Assembly: GCA_034722055.1 (NCBI GenBank)
Contig: JAYENL010000199.1
Span: 1 to 29,603 of the forward strand
Direction: 5' to 3'
Source: Armatimonadota bacterium
Lineage (GTDB): Bacteria; Armatimonadota; Zipacnadia; Zipacnadales; UBA5352
DNA length: 29,603 nt
Shown: positions 24,811 through 29,603 of the stretch, one piece after another
How positions within the stretch are numbered: the stretch's first letter is position 1
How the letters are laid out: every line of letters starts with the position of its first letter
Notes under the pieces: model-generated
Databases searched by the model: none
Told to the model about the DNA's origin: nothing
Seen by the model: the letters and a program-made list of their open reading frames with translations, nothing else
Translations under genes and position numbers: made by a program

Positions 24811-27270
24811 TCACTGGGCGAGGCGCACCAGCCGGGCCGGGTGCGTGGCGAGGTAGGGCAGAGCGCCGCGCAGCTCGACGCGCACGTCCTCGAGGTAGCC
24901 CTCCGGGGCCTCGCTCGCCTGCAGCGACAGCGGCCGTTCCGCGCTCGGCTCGATGGTGAGCCGCACCGTCTCGTCCTCGCCCGTGTGCCCGGCCCCCAGC
25001 TCCTCGCCGTCGGGCCCGAAGACGGTCAGCGCCGCGGTCTCGCCCGGCGCGTCGGTGTCCATGATCACGGCCACCTGGTCGGCGTCGGGATCGGGCAGGA
25101 AGTACATCCGGGGCGTGGCGCCGACAAAGCTCTGGTCGCGGCCCGCCAGCACGAAGCCGGCGGCGTCGCAGGTGACCCGAGCGGCGTTGGCTCCTGCATT
25201 GACCAGGAGCTGATAGGTCCCGTCAGCGGCCGAGTCCACGGTCAGCGTGTCCTCCGCGAGCGGGCCGACGGTGGCGGACGCGACCTCCTCCCCGTCGGGG
25301 CCTAGGAGTGAGACGGCGGTGGGGTCGAGATAGCGGCCCAGCTTGCGCGGCGCGATGGTGGCCGCGAACGGCGCGCCCGGCTCAGGGAGGATCAGGTAGA
25401 CCGCGCCGTGGCGGACGGCCGGCGCGCGCTCCAGTGCCTCGGCGGGGACCTCGCCGTCGGATGCGCGGATCACCGGAGGGCCGTCGTAGCGCAGGTCGCG
25501 GGGGATCGTGGTCTGCCGCGGGGCCTTGATCGACCGCCGGTGCAGGGTCTGGTCGAAGCCCCAGGTGTCCGGGTGCTCCACCACGAACTCGTCCAGCGCT
25601 GCGATGGCCTCCTCGCTGCCTGTGAGCTGCATCTGGCGCAGAAGCTGCACGTACTCGAAGTGATCGATGGCGAGCTGGATGCGCCCCCGCTGCTTGTCGG
25701 TCTCGGCCATGCCCATGGCCTCGTCGAGCAGCGCGCGCAACGGCGGGAAGTCCTCCTCGGTGAACAGCTTGCTCTTGAGGTAGCGCTCCCGGGCGATGTC
25801 GCGCAGAGTCTCGAAGTACTCCCGCATGGGCTGCGCCGCCAGCCCGTACATGCCCTCGAAGTAGTCGTCGAGGATGGCCTCCACGTCCGCGTCGGCGTCC
25901 CACATGAGCCTGCCGGCCAGGTAGAAGTTCAGCCCGCAGGTGCCCCACATCGCCAGGGCCTCGGAGCTGATGCCCACCACGTTATGGTCGCGGTACCAGG
26001 GGATGTCCTCGGCCAGCGCCCAGGCGGCGGCCACGCGCGCCAGCCCGTCCATCTCGTCCAGCAGCCCCGTGTAGTACTCCCGCGCGAAGATGGTATCAGT
26101 GACCTCCGCCCAGCCCTCCACGATGGGGATGTAGCCGGGGTTGCGCGGGGAGTCCGGGTCGGTGATGGGCCGCAGCTTGTCGGAGACGCCGCCGTAGTGC
26201 GCCACCGCCACGGCCACCTGCGGGTGGGCCTGCAGGTCGGTGGGCGGCTCGGCGGTCGGCGCGTAGGCGTAGAAGCAGACGTGCCTGTCCGGGTGCGTCT
26301 GCTCCAGCAGCTCGGCGACGCGGTTGGCGAAGACCAGCATGCGGCGGCCCTTCCCGTGCCTGGGGTTGCCGCGGAACTCGGGCGGGTCCTGGGCCACGCA
26401 CGCCTCGCACTCGCACCATCCGCCCCAGCCGTCGTTGGGCGAGAGGGAGTAGGACCACAGGTCGGGGCTCTCGTCGAAGGCCCGGCGGGCGGCCTCGGCG
26501 GCGATGCGGATGACGTCCTCGTTGGAGGTGCAGGGCTGCCAGCTGTGGCCCTCGGTGGGGATCATGCGCTCCCCGTCGATGAGCGGGAAGTACTCCGGGT
26601 GGGTCTCGGCGTACCTCTCCGGCGGGATGATCCGCGCCAGGTTGTGGCCCATGGAGGCGCGGACGCCGCCCATCTTATTGCGCCGCTGCCAGGTGGCGTA
26701 GGCGTTGCGCACCTCCTCGGGACGGCCGCTGTAGGCCAGCCACATGCTGCGGAGGATGAAGTCCGGGCTCTCAGTGTTCTGCAGCCACCCTACCCGGATC
26801 GTCTCCCGCGTGGGGACGTGCTCGCCCAGCTCGGTGGGCATGTACCAGCGGACGCCGAGCTGCTCCAGGAGGTCGTAGACGCCGTAGAGGAGGCCCTCGG
26901 GGTCCTTGCCCAGCACGCCCAGCAGGCCGGCCCCGTCGCACATCTGGTGGAAGCCGTTGGCCTGCAGCGGCGGGACGTCCAGGCCGAACTGCCGGGCGGT
27001 CTGCTCGCCGACGGCAACCGCCAGGAGCTGCCGGCCCTCGAAGTAGGCGGTCTCCATCTCCTGCGGCGACATCCGGCGGATCTCCAGCACCGCGCCGCTG
27101 ATGGCGTGGATGTAGCGCTGCAGCTCATCGGCGGCCTCATCGCAGCCGGGCTGGCCCAGATGCACGATGGTCGCCACCGGCTCGCCGTCGCGCACCAGCG
27201 TGACATCCCCCGCGGCCGGTGCCAGCGCTACCAGTGCCATGACGATGCCACACAGGACCGGTCGGCTCAT
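24811..27270 (-). CDS. Secreted DUF4838-like protein (putative glycoside hydrolase-related)
   Basis: Signal peptide; AADELQRYIHAISG, LLYGVYDLLEQLGVRWYMP, HPEYFPLIDGER, QPCTSNEDV, SPNDGWGGWCECEAC, YAYAPT, LMWDADAD. Confidence 0.8.
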   Translation of the reverse strand: MSRPVLCGIVMALVALAPAAGDVTLVRDGEPVATIVHLGQPGCDEAADELQRYIHAISGAVLEIRRMSPQEMETAYFEGRQLLAVAVGEQTARQFGLDVPPLQANGFHQMCDGAGLLGVLGKDPEGLLYGVYDLLEQLGVRWYMPTELGEHVPTRETIRVGWLQNTESPDFILRSMWLAYSGRPEEVRNAYATWQRRNKMGGVRASMGHNLARIIPPERYAETHPEYFPLIDGERMIPTEGHSWQPCTSNEDVIRIAAEAARRAFDESPDLWSYSLSPNDGWGGWCECEACVAQDPPEFRGNPRHGKGRRMLVFANRVAELLEQTHPDRHVCFYAYAPTAEPPTDLQAHPQVAVAVAHYGGVSDKLRPITDPDSPRNPGYIPIVEGWAEVTDTIFAREYYTGLLDEMDGLARVAAAWALAEDIPWYRDHNVVGISSEALAMWGTCGLNFYLAGRLMWDADADVEAILDDYFEGMYGLAAQPMREYFETLRDIARERYLKSKLFTEEDFPPLRALLDEAMGMAETDKQRGRIQLAIDHFEYVQLLRQMQLTGSEEAIAALDEFVVEHPDTWGFDQTLHRRSIKAPRQTTIPRDLRYDGPPVIRASDGEVPAEALERAPAVRHGAVYLILPEPGAPFAATIAPRKLGRYLDPTAVSLLGPDGEEVASATVGPLAEDTLTVDSAADGTYQLLVNAGANAARVTCDAAGFVLAGRDQSFVGATPRMYFLPDPDADQVAVIMDTDAPGETAALTVFGPDGEELGAGHTGEDETVRLTIEPSAERPLSLQASEAPEGYLEDVRVELRGALPYLATHPARLVRLAQ

Positions 27271-27377
27271 GGATCATCCCTCACTTCGTGAGACGAGGAC
27301 GCCGCTGGCGCCGTCGCCTCTGCTGCTCTCGTTCCCCTGGCCGCTGCCGTGCAGGGCTATACGCATTCCGCCGACGC

Positions 27378-27386
27378 TGCTATAAT
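27378..27386 (+). promoter_or_regulatory. Extended -10 promoter element (TGcTATAAT) for the DUF6785-like gene
   Basis: TGC-TATAAT at 27378-27386 in the divergent intergenic region; no good -35 seen. Confidence 0.55.
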
Positions 27387-27478
27387 ACCTCCCGGCTGCC
27401 GGAGCGTGATGGGAGTTCCGGCGGCCCTGCACTTGAGCGGATGGACCCGCGGGCGGAAGGCTCCTGGAGGCGCTGGTG

Positions 27479-29473
27479 ATGGCAAAGGACGTGCAGCCGC
27501 AGTTCCGGAGCAGAGACGAGAAGGCGCTGGAGGAGGCACATGGCGTCACTCTGCGGGCGGCGATCCTGTCTGTGGGGTTCTTCGTCATCTCGCTGTTCTG
27601 GATGCAGCAGGCCGGGCTGATCGCCCTGGGCGCGCAGATCGGGGAGAGCGTGCCCGTCATCCCGGCCATCGCCGCGGTGCTGATCCTCACCTTCCTGGGC
27701 CCACTGCTGCAGCGGCTGCCCCGGATATTTCATATGCCCGAGCACCAGGTGCTGCTGGTCTACTCCTTCCTGGTGATCGCGGTGTCCATGCCCTCCGTGG
27801 GGGTGGTGCGGCAGATCCTGCCTCAGGTGACGGTGCCCTACTACTTCGCGGGCGTCGAGAACAACTACGAGGTGCTGGTGGAGGACGTCCCCGGCTGGGT
27901 GTCGCCCAGCCGGGACGTCATCCAGAGCATGTACGAGGGCAGCGAGACCGGGCTGGTGCCGTGGCGGGCGTGGGTGACGCCGCTGGCAGGGTGGACGCTG
28001 TTTCTGCTGGCCACCTACGTGACGATGTACGCCCTCATGCTCATCTTCCGCCGCCAGTGGATCGAGAAGGAGCATCTGACCTTCCCGATCGTGCGCCTGG
28101 TGCTGGACATGGCCGACCAGACCGGGCACCGCGTGGCCGGGGGCTTTCTGCGCAACCCCATCATGTGGATGGGCTTTGGGCTGGCGGCCATCTACAACTT
28201 CATGAACATGCTCAATGCCTGGAACCCGGCGGTGCCGGCGCTGGGGAAGTACTTCCAGATCGGGGCGCTGTTCACGGAGCGGCCGTGGTCGGGAATGGGC
28301 GGGCTCTCGATCGCCTGGCGGCCGGAGAACTTCGGCATCGGCTACCTGGTGCCCGCCGACATCCTGCTGTCGGTGTGGGTCTTCGCAATCCTGATGCGCC
28401 TCGCGAACGTGGCCCAGATCGCCATGGGCTACGACATCTCCGGCTTCCCCTTCGAGCGCCAGCACGCCTGGGGAGGCTACCTGGCATTCGGACTGGTGCT
28501 GATCTGGGTGGGCCGGCACCACATCGCCGCGGTGCTCAAGAAGGCCTTCACGGGCACCTCCGAGATCGATGACAGCGACGAGCCCTTCAGCTACCGCACC
28601 GCAGTCATCGCCGGCATCCTGGGCTTCGTGGGCATGATGGTCTTCGGCGTGATGAGCGGACTGTGGCTGTGGGTGGCGCTGATCTACTTCGGCGTCTGCC
28701 TGCTCTTCGCGGTGGTCTACGCCCGGGCGCGGGCCGAGGCGGGGGCGGCGCTGGTGTGGCTGTTCCCGATCATGCAGGCCTGGGAGATGCTCTTCAACGT
28801 CGGCGGGTCGAAGGTCTTTCAGCGCGGCTCGAGCTGGCGGAACATCGGCGCGCTGGGGATGCACTACTGGCTGTCGCGGGGCTACTTCCCGTCGATGAGC
28901 GCGTATCAGATGGAGGGCTTCCGCATCGCCCGGGACGCCGGCATCCGCCAGCGCAGCATGGTCTACTGGATGCTCGCGGCGCTGCTCATCGGCCTGGTCG
29001 GCGCCTACGTCATCCACCTCAACGTCTACTACAGCTTCGGCGCCAATGTCCTGGAGGGCGGGACGACGCAGGGCGGCGCCAGAGTCCGCGCGGCCGCCCA
29101 GGCGTGGGACGCCCTGTCGGCCCATGTGGAGGCCCACAAGGTCACGGACTGGAGCCGCACCGGCGCCGGCATCTCCGGCTTCGTCATCACCATCATCCTG
29201 GTGGTGCTGCGCACCATCTTCCTGCGCTTTCCCCTCCACCCACTGGGCTTCGTGATGGTCATGTCCTACGCCACGCCGATCTGGGGCCCGTTCTTTATCA
29301 TCTGGGTCCTCAAGAGCCTCATCCTGCGCATCGGCGGCATGGGATCGTACCGCCGGGCGATTCCGTTCTTTCTGGGTCTGGTCATCGGGCACTTCTTCAC
29401 CGCCGGCGTGGTGTGGGGCTCGGTGAGCCTCATCAACGACATGTACCGCCGCTACGGCGTGTGGTTCGGCTGA
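27479..29473 (+). CDS. DUF6785/DUF6784-like polytopic membrane protein (putative transporter)
   Basis: Many TM helices; VPWRAWVTPL, RRQWIEKEHLTFPIV, RARAEAG, FPLHPLGF, WVLKSLILRIGG...YRRAIPFFLGL. GGAGG RBS; alternative GTG at 27476. Confidence 0.78.
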   Translation: MAKDVQPQFRSRDEKALEEAHGVTLRAAILSVGFFVISLFWMQQAGLIALGAQIGESVPVIPAIAAVLILTFLGPLLQRLPRIFHMPEHQVLLVYSFLVIAVSMPSVGVVRQILPQVTVPYYFAGVENNYEVLVEDVPGWVSPSRDVIQSMYEGSETGLVPWRAWVTPLAGWTLFLLATYVTMYALMLIFRRQWIEKEHLTFPIVRLVLDMADQTGHRVAGGFLRNPIMWMGFGLAAIYNFMNMLNAWNPAVPALGKYFQIGALFTERPWSGMGGLSIAWRPENFGIGYLVPADILLSVWVFAILMRLANVAQIAMGYDISGFPFERQHAWGGYLAFGLVLIWVGRHHIAAVLKKAFTGTSEIDDSDEPFSYRTAVIAGILGFVGMMVFGVMSGLWLWVALIYFGVCLLFAVVYARARAEAGAALVWLFPIMQAWEMLFNVGGSKVFQRGSSWRNIGALGMHYWLSRGYFPSMSAYQMEGFRIARDAGIRQRSMVYWMLAALLIGLVGAYVIHLNVYYSFGANVLEGGTTQGGARVRAAAQAWDALSAHVEAHKVTDWSRTGAGISGFVITIILVVLRTIFLRFPLHPLGFVMVMSYATPIWGPFFIIWVLKSLILRIGGMGSYRRAIPFFLGLVIGHFFTAGVVWGSVSLINDMYRRYGVWFG

Positions 29474-29550
29474 GGACGGCAATCGCGGAACGGCTGGACG
29501 CATCTGAAGATGCGTCCCTCCGAACCGAACGGCGTCGGCCGTTGTCGTGC

Positions 29551-29576
29551 GGAGGGGCGGGCTTCCCTGCCCGCCC
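29551..29576 (+). repeat. REP-like palindrome, third copy of the 86-111 family
   Basis: GGAG-GGGCGGGC-TTCCCT-GCCCGCCC; one mismatch (in the loop) versus 86-111, and followed by GTCGTTCG like the other copies. Confidence 0.75.
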
Positions 29577-29603
29577 GGCCGTTTGTCGTGCGTCGTTCGG
29601 AGC

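Overview
High-GC bacterial chromosomal window. The DUF1559-like, DUF4838-like, DUF6067-like and DUF6785-like genes suggest an Armatimonadota/PVC-type organism (inference only). Most of it is a long minus-strand housekeeping run: guaA-hpt-rho-[pilin/DUF1559-like]-dxr-rseP-ispG-proS-amrB, then a 2-hydroxyacid dehydrogenase, a truncated GNAT, a nitrilase and a Gfo/Idh/MocA oxidoreductase. Around it are a class III aminotransferase-rfbB pair, a secreted nitrilase, large secreted glycan-active proteins, an archaeal-type thymidylate synthase, a frameshifted orphan MNT antitoxin, a PAP2 phosphatase and a DUF6785-like membrane protein. REP-like palindromes cluster in the intergenic spaces. The most unusual element is a ~1 kb lower-GC cassette (about 4910-5947, minus strand). 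It has its own sigma70-like promoter and two small disordered peptides sharing a KPxxYxTRx[IV] motif, one of which is missing from the supplied ORF track. These are followed by a 3-TM protein resembling Pycsar-type membrane effectors, with no cyclase nearby. Also seen: a recurring AGG-N16-GGCGAA (sigmaH-like) promoter motif, two structured 5' leaders, a nested inverted-repeat element and an RseP with an apparently nested PDZ domain. No tRNA, rRNA, CRISPR array or transposase was recognised. All family calls are from motif recognition by eye, not database searches.
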